DNA of 64,000 nt from a virus: IMG/VR virus record IMGVR_UViG_3300029989_000005. One strand, given 5' to 3'. Position numbers and translations under genes: made by a program. Shown here piece by piece: positions 55,874 through 64,000 of this stretch (the stretch's first letter is position 1; every line of letters starts with the position of its first letter). The notes beneath the pieces were generated by a model. The model saw nothing but the letters and a program-made list of their open reading frames with translations, was not told the origin of the DNA and ran no database searches.

Positions 55874-56028
55874 TACAAAAGTCGTGCCAAATTTGTTATC
55901 ATATATGTCAATTCATACACCTTTAACAATCTTTAACAAATAAAGCGTTGCTATTAACATCTTTTTACAAACTTATATGACAAAATGTCGTGTAACTTGT
56001 CAGTTACCATATATGTCAGTTTGTCATG
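55874..56028 (-). promoter_or_regulatory. Sigma54-type promoter with upstream TGACA boxes, copy 2
   Basis: TTGGCACGACTTTTGTA at 55890-55874; same element order as copy 1. Confidence 0.7.
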
Positions 56029-56526
56029 TCATTTCTTAATAAAATAGTCTTCCGTAATGTATTCATACCGCATACCTTTATTTTTACAGAATTCAACGGC
56101 TGCTTTTCTCTTTGCCTCAGTTACAGCTGATATAGCCAACTGATATAAATATTTTTCTTTACTTTTATATTTCTCCCTGTCAGGTTTTTCAGTATCTTTA
56201 CGTGATTTTACCTCAATTATGTATTTCGTAAGTTTATTAGAGTTTCCAACCATTTCAACATAAAAATCAGGGTAGTAGCTACATATTTTTTGTTTTACAG
56301 GGTTAAGATAGCTAATAATTAGATCATCACTTTCGTATGACCATCTTTTACATTTTGATGATGAATCTAAAACTTGAATGAATTTTAACTCCAATCCACT
56401 CCTATAAATTATTCCTAATTTCATATTATAATATCCTATTAATTTATCAGGATTTTCCAAGTGATGATATCCTTGATGAAATCTACTATTAGCATGAATA
56501 GGATTTAATATTTCTAATTTCCCCAT
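56029..56526 (-). CDS. Head completion nuclease (T4 gp4 / TnsA-like)
   Basis: NPDK.IG..IYRSGLELKF..WSYE..YYPDFYV..IIEVK..ITE. Confidence 0.85.
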   Translation of the reverse strand: MGKLEILNPIHANSRFHQGYHHLENPDKLIGYYNMKLGIIYRSGLELKFIQVLDSSSKCKRWSYESDDLIISYLNPVKQKICSYYPDFYVEMVGNSNKLTKYIIEVKSRKDTEKPDREKYKSKEKYLYQLAISAVTEAKRKAAVEFCKNKGMRYEYITEDYFIKK

Positions 56527-56590
56527 GTCCTTTTACTTTATTTAGTAAATTGGTATTACGTATAGATTAAAATAAATAAAATTAAAAAAC

Positions 56591-57580
56591 ATGTACAATG
56601 ATTTAATAAATTGGTATAATAACAACACATACAAATCAAGTATTAAAATATGTGAATTTAGGAAAATATGTGAATTAACTTCATTTCTAGATGATAGTTG
56701 CAAACACATAACTCCAAAACAAAGAATGTGGCATATAATTAATAGTAATTTTAATATACAATATTGTGAAATTTGTGGAAAGCAATCGAATTTTGACAGA
56801 CACAAATACTGTTATCAGGTTTGCTGCTCAAAAATATGTGCTAAAAAATTTCAATCATCTGAAAAATGGTCAGACAATTGTAAGAAAAATTATATAAAAG
56901 CAGAATTGACTTGTTTAGAAAAATATGGTGTCGAAAATTATTCCAAAACTGATGAATATAAAGAAAAATATAAAGAAACATGCTTGAAAAAATATGGTGT
57001 CGAAAATCATATGCTTATAGAAGATTTTGTAGAAAAATCAAAGCAAACAAATCTTAAAATTTACGGTGTAGAATGGTATCAACAAACTGACGAATTCAAA
57101 GGAAAATATGAGAAAACATGTTTGGAAAGATATGGTGTAGGAAATATGTCATATCTATCAAGTACTATATCAAAAATACACGAAACCAAAAAGAAAAATG
57201 GTTCTTATGAAAAATCTAAAGAGGAGAATGAAATATATTATAATCTAATAGAATTGTTTGGATATTCAGATATTGTTCGTCAATATAGAGATAAAAGATA
57301 TTATAGTAAAGAAACTAAATATTTATTTGCTTGTGATTTTTATATCAAGTCTTTGGATTTGTTTATAGAATATGATGGAATATGGACACATAAACCACAA
57401 TATTTATCTGAGAAAGAAAGAAATGAAATGATTAAAAAATGGAAAGAAAAATCAGAATTTAGTAATTATTACAAAGGTGCTATTTCTGCATACAATCGTG
57501 ATTGTTTGAAGAGAGAAATATCAAGGGAAATTAATTTAAATATACAATTTATTAGAAAATTTTCTGATTTTTCTATATAG
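56591..57580 (+). mobile_element. Free-standing homing-endonuclease-like gene
   Basis: Zn-finger Cys pairs, four TCLxKYGV-type repeats, C-terminal DFYI..FIEYDG.WTH nuclease motif; opposite strand to neighbours. Confidence 0.7.
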
Positions 57581-57588
57581 TTGTTTTA

Positions 57589-60500
57589 TTAATTATTACT
57601 TAGTCCTACTTTCATTCTTCCATCGTGACCAACTAAACCCTCAATTTTTGAGTTCAATTTTTGAATTTCTCTGAATAATAAATTCGTTTGTTGTTGTTGT
57701 TGACTTGTAGCCTCAGTGAACAACAACATCATTTGTGCGTATTTATCCTCTTTTGTTAATGGCTTATGTGGGGCTTGTACAACAAGCTTTGCAGCTTGCT
57801 GCTGTGAGGTTTGGCTGTAATTATAAACACTGTTATAACTAGCCGATGATTTTATGTTGGCTGCTGAATATTTATCATAAAAATTAGCTGATGAATCTAT
57901 AATTTTTGATAAGTCACCTATACCTGCAGATTCATTTTTTAAATCTTTAAGGAATTTAATATAAATATCAGCAAATCTCTTAAATGGGTCTATAAATTTG
58001 TTAAATATATCAACTTTATCAGTGGTAAGAAGCGACATACCAATGGCACTTCCAACCAATAATTGTTTTACACCCTCACCAATTTGCTTTCCTCTATCCT
58101 TTATATCTGTAGTACCTGAAAAACTAGAAACCACATCCGATAAACTCTTTAAAGGTGACATCATGTTATTTACAACACGTATACCTTTTTCAGCATCCGA
58201 TTTAAACATCCCCCAAAATCCCTTGTCATTATTTTTAGCCCTACCAACTGCTGCAAAAGCCGATGGTATAGTTGTTATAAGTTCAGTAATATTTTTCTCA
58301 ATAAGTTTTATATCAGCGGGTGTTAGTTTAGCCTGTTTCCAATTTAATACGGCGATTGATAAATCTTTTAAAGGAGCACCAAGACCATTAACATATTTAA
58401 TACCACGTTCAGTATCCGTTGTTTTCCACATACCAAATAGTCCTGGCTTTGATGTCTTTGTATCATCACCTATCTTGGCTATTGTTGAAGGTATAATCGA
58501 AAGTACCGCATTTATGTTATCAGAAATTAGCTTTGTTTCTGTTGGTGTTAATTTCATGCTTTTCCATGTTTTTACACCCTCACCCAAATCATAAAGTGAC
58601 CTACCTATGCCTTTAACATAATCAATACCTCTTTCTGTATCTGTTGTTTTCCAAATCCCAAAAAGACCGCTAGATTTTATAGTATTATCATTTCCTATTT
58701 TTGAAATTGTTGATGGTATAATAGAAAGTACAGTATTTACATTGTCCGAAATAAGTTTAGCATCATTTGGTGTTAATTTCATTTCTTTCCACATTTTAAC
58801 ACCATCAGCAAGTTTTGTCATTGCTTTACCAATACCTTTAACGTAATCAATACCTCTTTCTGTATTTGTTGTTGTCCAAGCACCACCTGTTATAAATCCT
58901 AGAAGCCCTGTTGCGGGTTTAGTAATATCATCGTTCCCTATCCTTGCTATAGTTGCGGGTATAACAGACAAAATTGTATTGATATTATCTGAGATATTTC
59001 TTGCATCATCAGGACTTAACTTCATATTTTTCCAAACAAGAACGCCATCCGCTAATTTTTTAAGATTACTACCCAAACTCATTGTAAATGCTATACCCTT
59101 AAGTATTTGCCATTGTGAAACATCTATTCCATGCATTTTCTTTATATATTCAGGAGATGTACCCAACGCCACAGCCGTTGTTACACCCAATATGGTATCA
59201 GCTAATGTCTTGGCATCCTCAGGCTTCCAATCAGTTGTTGTAGCTTTCCAATATGATAAAGACCTTGCAAATACACCAACAACTTCTCCCACTTTGTTAC
59301 CCATCATTGTTATTTTCAAGAATGAGCCAATACTCAAATTAGAAAATGCATCAGAAACACCTTTAACTACTATTCCTAAACTATCGGCAAATATGCTCAT
59401 TTGCTCCCTTTCCAAGTTAAGTTCAGATATTGGTTTCAATGCTTTAGCTAATACATAAAGAGAACCCGCTAATAATCCAACTGCTAAAGCACCTAGAGAT
59501 ATCGGTGCTATTAACAATCCCGCACCCGCATAAACTAACCCTAAAGCTGTAATAAATGTTGGTATCTTCCAAATCAAACCACCATTTTTAGCTATCATAT
59601 TTCCTATCTCTGTAAGTGGCTTTTTCATTATCCACAAAGATATTCCAATTAGTGCAAAGGCTAAAGCACCCATAGCTATTTTAGGAAGTAAAAATCCTGC
59701 AGCTACAAATGGTGCTGTTACAGCGAATAACATCAAAGGTATTTGCCAAATAGCATTAGTCTGACCCGCCAACATTTTAGCGGTTATACAGACTGAAAAT
59801 CCAAACAGCAACAATGACAATGATACAAATCCTATAGCTAAAGCACCTTCTTTAACCTTATCAGATACGGTTTTCATTCCTATCAATGCAAATAAAGCTG
59901 CTGTACCCGCAAGCAAAAGAACTGTTAGACCAACCTGCTTATAGTCTATTGGCAACTTGGATATAACCCAAAAAGTACCTGTCATCATTAATAATGATAA
60001 TGACATAAGTACCATATTTTTAATACCATTCTTGAGGTCTGATTTATCACTCAGACCCATGTATTTATAAAATTTGGCTACAATATAAGTAACACCTATA
60101 ACAGTTACCATACCAACTACCATATCTGTAATTGAGAATTTTGAAATAGCATATGCTGATGCAGCTATAGCAAGTGACATAGCAAGTATCCCCGCACCAA
60201 TATACATTACGGATTGTGCACCATCTTTAAGTTTTTTATTATCTTTTGCTAAAGATTTAAATTCGGGTTGTAAAACTCTAAGTGCTAATTTAAAGAACAA
60301 TAATCCTGGAGTTGCTATTATCGATAGTGCACCACCAATAGCCAATGCACCAACAAATCCTGTTATTGATCTAGCAACTTTTAAAAGAGAATGACCAAAT
60401 CCATCAAGCCCTTCAAAATTTATACCTTTCATTACATTACTAACCTCATTTATAGTAGACCTAACATATCCAATTGATTTTTTAGCTCTGCTTGATATTT

Positions 60501-61002
60501 CTTTTTTAATTTTAAATTTATTAAGATGTTTAACAAATGATTCTAAAACATTAAAGAAATTCTTTACCATAGATTCAGCATCTTTCATTTTCATTTTACC
60601 CAAAGCGGATATAAATCCAACATCAACTGCTTTTATGGATTCAGAAAGTTTCTTGGTGTCTTTTGGTAAAGTTCCAACTGATTTATTAATTGATTTTGCA
60701 TATATGGTTATTATCTTTGATAGTTTAGCAATATCAGCCTCAGTATAAGAACCTATATTCATGCTTTGTTGTGAATTAACTGTATTGGCTGTTTCGGCTT
60801 GTATATTCTGCTGTATAGTCTTTGCATCGACATTTTGAGTCTTTGCATCAACACCCGCTATAGCATCTTTAATGAATTTAGCTGATTTGGAGATATCAGT
60901 TGATGCCGATAATATATCAAATGAATACTCAGAAATATCCTCTAAAAAAGAATTTGATTGTTTAAGGTAATCATAAAGGACTTCAATTTCTATATCATTC
61001 AT
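57589..61002 (-). CDS. Tail tape-measure-like protein
   Basis: 1137 aa, Ala/Gly/Leu helical, central multi-TM region, ~75-aa repeats; late motif at 61014-61025. Confidence 0.7.
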   Translation of the reverse strand: MNDIEIEVLYDYLKQSNSFLEDISEYSFDILSASTDISKSAKFIKDAIAGVDAKTQNVDAKTIQQNIQAETANTVNSQQSMNIGSYTEADIAKLSKIITIYAKSINKSVGTLPKDTKKLSESIKAVDVGFISALGKMKMKDAESMVKNFFNVLESFVKHLNKFKIKKEISSRAKKSIGYVRSTINEVSNVMKGINFEGLDGFGHSLLKVARSITGFVGALAIGGALSIIATPGLLFFKLALRVLQPEFKSLAKDNKKLKDGAQSVMYIGAGILAMSLAIAASAYAISKFSITDMVVGMVTVIGVTYIVAKFYKYMGLSDKSDLKNGIKNMVLMSLSLLMMTGTFWVISKLPIDYKQVGLTVLLLAGTAALFALIGMKTVSDKVKEGALAIGFVSLSLLLFGFSVCITAKMLAGQTNAIWQIPLMLFAVTAPFVAAGFLLPKIAMGALAFALIGISLWIMKKPLTEIGNMIAKNGGLIWKIPTFITALGLVYAGAGLLIAPISLGALAVGLLAGSLYVLAKALKPISELNLEREQMSIFADSLGIVVKGVSDAFSNLSIGSFLKITMMGNKVGEVVGVFARSLSYWKATTTDWKPEDAKTLADTILGVTTAVALGTSPEYIKKMHGIDVSQWQILKGIAFTMSLGSNLKKLADGVLVWKNMKLSPDDARNISDNINTILSVIPATIARIGNDDITKPATGLLGFITGGAWTTTNTERGIDYVKGIGKAMTKLADGVKMWKEMKLTPNDAKLISDNVNTVLSIIPSTISKIGNDNTIKSSGLFGIWKTTDTERGIDYVKGIGRSLYDLGEGVKTWKSMKLTPTETKLISDNINAVLSIIPSTIAKIGDDTKTSKPGLFGMWKTTDTERGIKYVNGLGAPLKDLSIAVLNWKQAKLTPADIKLIEKNITELITTIPSAFAAVGRAKNNDKGFWGMFKSDAEKGIRVVNNMMSPLKSLSDVVSSFSGTTDIKDRGKQIGEGVKQLLVGSAIGMSLLTTDKVDIFNKFIDPFKRFADIYIKFLKDLKNESAGIGDLSKIIDSSANFYDKYSAANIKSSASYNSVYNYSQTSQQQAAKLVVQAPHKPLTKEDKYAQMMLLFTEATSQQQQQTNLLFREIQKLNSKIEGLVGHDGRMKVGLSNN

Positions 61003-61029
61003 GGCAAAGCGTTTTAATTATTTAAAACA

Positions 61030-61061
61030 GAGAAGCCTGACAGGTTGCTATCAGGCTTCTC
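61030..61061. terminator. Terminator hairpin
   Basis: gagaagcctga/tcaggcttctc. Confidence 0.65.
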
Positions 61062-61079
61062 AATTAGTATTTTAAATAA

Positions 61080-61397
61080 TTAAGGATTTAAAACCAAGTC
61101 TTTAGATGAATCAGCTTTCCAAGTACCATCGCCATTATTTCCATCGCTGTTTATTTCAAACCTTGCCCATAATTTTTCATCCGTCTTCCTGTAATTCATC
61201 CGTTCCTGTAGTTTTTTTGTAGCCTCTTCTTTGGCTTTCTCCAAAGTGGTATTTTTAAGAGCAACAGGTTCTATATAAGGATAAGAGCCTTCAAAGCAGC
61301 TAAATCTTATATCACCCTCGAAATTATCAGGAATTGTTGTAAAGTATTTGTCATTTCTACTATTATTATTGCTTTCGAATATTTTTAATTTTTTCAT
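61080..61397 (-). CDS. Small protein with MKKLKIFE leader
   Basis: Leader motif. Confidence 0.65.
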   Translation of the reverse strand: MKKLKIFESNNNSRNDKYFTTIPDNFEGDIRFSCFEGSYPYIEPVALKNTTLEKAKEEATKKLQERMNYRKTDEKLWARFEINSDGNNGDGTWKADSSKDLVLNP

Positions 61398-61409
61398 AAT
61401 AATTTACAT

Positions 61410-61649
61410 TTAATCATTTGACACTGTTATATCAAAAACCTCACCAACAATGTCTTTTTCTTGTGGATGGCTTACAGCCCACCCTAATCCCAATATATAA
61501 TCAACATCTTTCATTGTTGCATTATTAAACTCTATTTTATCATCAGTTTCATGTAATTTTTGCAAAAAAGATTTTAATGTATCATTATTAAAATCCTTTA
61601 TATTTTTGGATTCTGAATTATTGTTTTCGAATATTTTTAATTTTTTCAT
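61410..61649 (-). CDS. Small protein with MKKLKIFE leader
   Basis: Leader motif. Confidence 0.65.
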   Translation of the reverse strand: MKKLKIFENNNSESKNIKDFNNDTLKSFLQKLHETDDKIEFNNATMKDVDYILGLGWAVSHPQEKDIVGEVFDITVSND

Positions 61650-61664
61650 AATAATTTATATTTT

Positions 61665-61916
61665 TTAATTGTAATAGTTTCCATCATTTTTCGCTTTAGT
61701 AGCTATTTCCTTGTTGTATATAGCATAAGCTTTATACGCAACCTCTTTAACGGTCAAATTATCAAAGCAATCCATTACATAGTCATAATGGTACATTACA
61801 ACATCTTCAGCAGTCTTTTTATCAGTTCCTGATGAAATCAATTTTGCAATAACCTTTTCTTTTGTAATATCTGTATCAGGGTTAGCATCACCTTCAAAAA
61901 TTTTAAGTTTTTTCAT
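61665..61916 (-). CDS. Small protein with MKKLKIFE leader
   Basis: Leader motif. Confidence 0.65.
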   Translation of the reverse strand: MKKLKIFEGDANPDTDITKEKVIAKLISSGTDKKTAEDVVMYHYDYVMDCFDNLTVKEVAYKAYAIYNKEIATKAKNDGNYYN

Positions 61917-61921
61917 AGTAC

Positions 61922-62335
61922 TTACTTATGAAACCCTAAAGCCTCGTTTTTAGTTTTAAAGAAATTAATAAGATTATAATTAGGTGCTTTTGTAAATGAC
62001 ATCCAAAGATAATAATCAGGATTGACATTACCACCCCAAATTGACAAATCCCTTTGAGGTTTATATCCCCAATAACAAGGTATTTTAAATAATGTAGTAC
62101 CATCTTTAACTTTTATACCTTCCTGTTTATCAGCCCATTTAGCTATATTAGCCACATTGGAATCAAAATGATCATCACCTTGCTTATCGGTAAGATACCC
62201 TCTAAATTTATAGGGATCACCCGCAATTTGGGTTGTCATTCCTGAGCCAGGAGAGTATGATGTCCATAATGAATTTTGTTGAATATAGACAACATCTGTT
62301 GGATTCCAATCCTCGTTTATTTTTAACTTTTTCAT
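61922..62335 (-). CDS. Small protein with MKKLKINE leader
   Basis: Leader motif; ATGA overlap with the terL fragment. Confidence 0.65.
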   Translation of the reverse strand: MKKLKINEDWNPTDVVYIQQNSLWTSYSPGSGMTTQIAGDPYKFRGYLTDKQGDDHFDSNVANIAKWADKQEGIKVKDGTTLFKIPCYWGYKPQRDLSIWGGNVNPDYYLWMSFTKAPNYNLINFFKTKNEALGFHK

Positions 62336-62838
62336 ATGGTTGATGTACTAATTAATTTTTGATTATTTACTTTTCTTTGAAGAAATCTCTTAATTCTTAA
62401 TAAAAATGCTAAAGGCTTATTTATTTTGTAGTAATAAATATTCTCGAAAAAATCCTTAATTGTTATATTCTCGTTATTAACAGTTATAATTGAATCACCC
62501 GACAAGCATTTACCTGATTGTCTACTTGATAAAAATATATTAAATCTATAGCTTTCAAATTGTCTAAGCACTCTTGATTGATATGGTCTTAATTTTATCT
62601 GTTGAATACCATCATCTGTCATACAATATGCATAATTATTAGCAAAGTATAGACATGATGCTTGTAATTTAGCAAGCTCTGTTATTTCTTTATCGGTATA
62701 TTGGAAATGTAAATAACCTTTCCTTTTCCTTATATCTTTAAGATAAAATGGGTTGTTCCTTGGTAAGTATCCCGTTTTATTATATTCTTTTAATATTTCT
62801 TCTACCCTTTCGGTACTGTATATATTTTCGTTAGCCAT
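62332..62838 (-). CDS. terL: Terminase large subunit N-terminal fragment fused to split-intein N-half
   Basis: YFANNY..KLRPYQ..RFNIFLSSRQSGK followed directly by intein block A CLSGDSII, then a stop after 58 aa. Confidence 0.8.
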   Translation of the reverse strand: MANENIYSTERVEEILKEYNKTGYLPRNNPFYLKDIRKRKGYLHFQYTDKEITELAKLQASCLYFANNYAYCMTDDGIQQIKLRPYQSRVLRQFESYRFNIFLSSRQSGKCLSGDSIITVNNENITIKDFFENIYYYKINKPLAFLLRIKRFLQRKVNNQKLISTSTI

Positions 62839-62936
62839 AATATCAATATTTTCGTTGTATTTACCGCTACAGGAGAGGCATTTTCCTTGAACTCAGACAG
62901 TTTTCATGGTATAAGCACAACATGAAAATGTAAAAC

Positions 62937-64000
62937 TTACCAAAGCGAATTAAAAGTCACTAAAGATGAAGGTATTTCTTGTAATCCTATTGCTGATAAT
63001 ATTCTATTTAAATATGCTAAATAATTAGTCATAAATTGTACATCGTATGATACAGGAAACTTCTGCAAAAATTGAGGTGGTATTACACCTATCGGAAAGG
63101 CAAACACATCTGTTGATGCATTTGATGTCCAATACCATTGAACTTTATCACCCGATTTTATTATAGAATATTTTTGCTTTATCTCATTAGATGACATGGA
63201 AATCTCATTATTATATTGTGCTATTGCTCTCATATATGCCTGAGAACCCGCAATTGTCTTTATTTCATTGTTTGAACTTTCAAGAATGTATTTACCCAAA
63301 TTGTTTACCCTTTGTGCGGGTAGGACATTTATTATGTCAGTATGTATAAATTCTTCCTTTACTTGCTTTACTTTTTCTATTATTACCGCATAATCTATAT
63401 TATCTACTTTTATAATATAGTCAATAACAATCTCTTTCAATTTATTACGTATAAATTTTGGTACAGATGCCTGATTTATTTCGAGACCAACGGCTTTTAC
63501 ATTTTCATATCTTCCAAAAGTATTACCATCAGCCCATAATGATTCCTTAATATACCTTTTTTTAGCGGTAATAAGGAATTTACCAACTATTTGCTCAAAT
63601 GTTAAGTTAAGACATGGCTTACCCGATATTCTTGTCTGTAAACCATTATGTAAGCCGATAAAATACGAAAGCATATGACCAAGTGCGGGATATATGTCAA
63701 GTTCGTTTAATTTTAATATGAAATCTTGAACGCTACCTTTATAATCAGTATTCTTAATAATTTTGCCATAATTAACAAATATGGAATCAGTATCACCATA
63801 TATAACAATATCACCTGTCACAGGTATTACCTTTGTTATTCCAAGTTGTTTATGAACATCGTATATGTATGGAAATCTTTCCTTAAAGTACTTATTGAAC
63901 CAAAATTTGGTATATTTAATTACATAAGCTGATTGTGTTGATATTGATGAGGCAACATATTTGTCATATAGTACAAAATTACTAAAGCCAAATACACCAT
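62937..64000 (-). CDS. Family B DNA polymerase, C-terminal part (starts outside window)
   Basis: YGDTDS, AKKRY; frame stays open upstream of the tracked start to the window edge (..GVFGF, end of motif B). Confidence 0.9.
   Translation of the reverse strand, partial: GVFGFSNFVLYDKYVASSISTQSAYVIKYTKFWFNKYFKERFPYIYDVHKQLGITKVIPVTGDIVIYGDTDSIFVNYGKIIKNTDYKGSVQDFILKLNELDIYPALGHMLSYFIGLHNGLQTRISGKPCLNLTFEQIVGKFLITAKKRYIKESLWADGNTFGRYENVKAVGLEINQASVPKFIRNKLKEIVIDYIIKVDNIDYAVIIEKVKQVKEEFIHTDIINVLPAQRVNNLGKYILESSNNEIKTIAGSQAYMRAIAQYNNEISMSSNEIKQKYSIIKSGDKVQWYWTSNASTDVFAFPIGVIPPQFLQKFPVSYDVQFMTNYLAYLNRILSAIGLQEIPSSLVTFNSLW

Noticed and set aside
57998-59458. Long + strand ORFs inside the tape-measure gene, and similar antisense ORFs throughout the track
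   Set aside because: Antisense shadows of real genes, with no leaders or motifs
62868-62895. 17-bp match to a terminator arm (49904-49920) and 13-bp match to 24244-24256, upstream of terL
   Set aside because: Single matches of this length are plausible by chance in 64 kb; no further copies found
62937-63821. DNA polymerase as a separate 294-aa split gene
   Set aside because: The frame is open to the window edge, so the tracked start is an artefact; whether PolB is split further upstream cannot be seen
1-64000. Stop-codon reassignment as in Lak or some crAss-like phages
   Set aside because: Long genes are intact in code 11, coding density is high, and TGA and TAG terminate genes; only one isolated in-frame TGA was seen
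1-64000. CRISPR array or cas genes
   Set aside because: No regularly spaced repeat-spacer series seen; the repeated leaders at 61 kb are separated by whole genes

Overview
AT-rich, gene-dense fragment of a large T4-related (jumbo-like) tailed phage using the standard genetic code. The host is most likely Bacteroidota, based on A-rich SD-less leaders, a Bacteroidota-type tmRNA 5' end, a Fib_succ_major domain and ThyX. Core genes: PolB (partial), terminase large subunit N-fragment, tape measure, gp4-like head-completion nuclease, gp2-like end protector, gp25-like and other putative baseplate/structural proteins, RuvC-like resolvase, RNase H/5'-3' exonuclease, GroES-like protein, ThyX, dUTPase and a DNA methyltransferase. 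Long runs of small hypothetical genes, a tmRNA and a tRNA(CAU) are also present. Most notable: (1) two paralogous sigma54-type (-24/-12) promoter/enhancer modules head the small-gene clusters, and one drives an operon encoding an ECF-like sigma factor fused to MORN-type repeats, suggesting a host-RpoN-gated transcription cascade that ends at T4-like TAAATA late promoters; (2) TerL ends in a short split-intein N-half whose C-half is not in the ~62 kb downstream; (3) a family of otherwise unrelated small late proteins shares an MKKLKIFE capsid-targeting-like leader; (4) several structured non-coding elements that I cannot assign to a family. All calls are from visual motif recognition; no searches were run.
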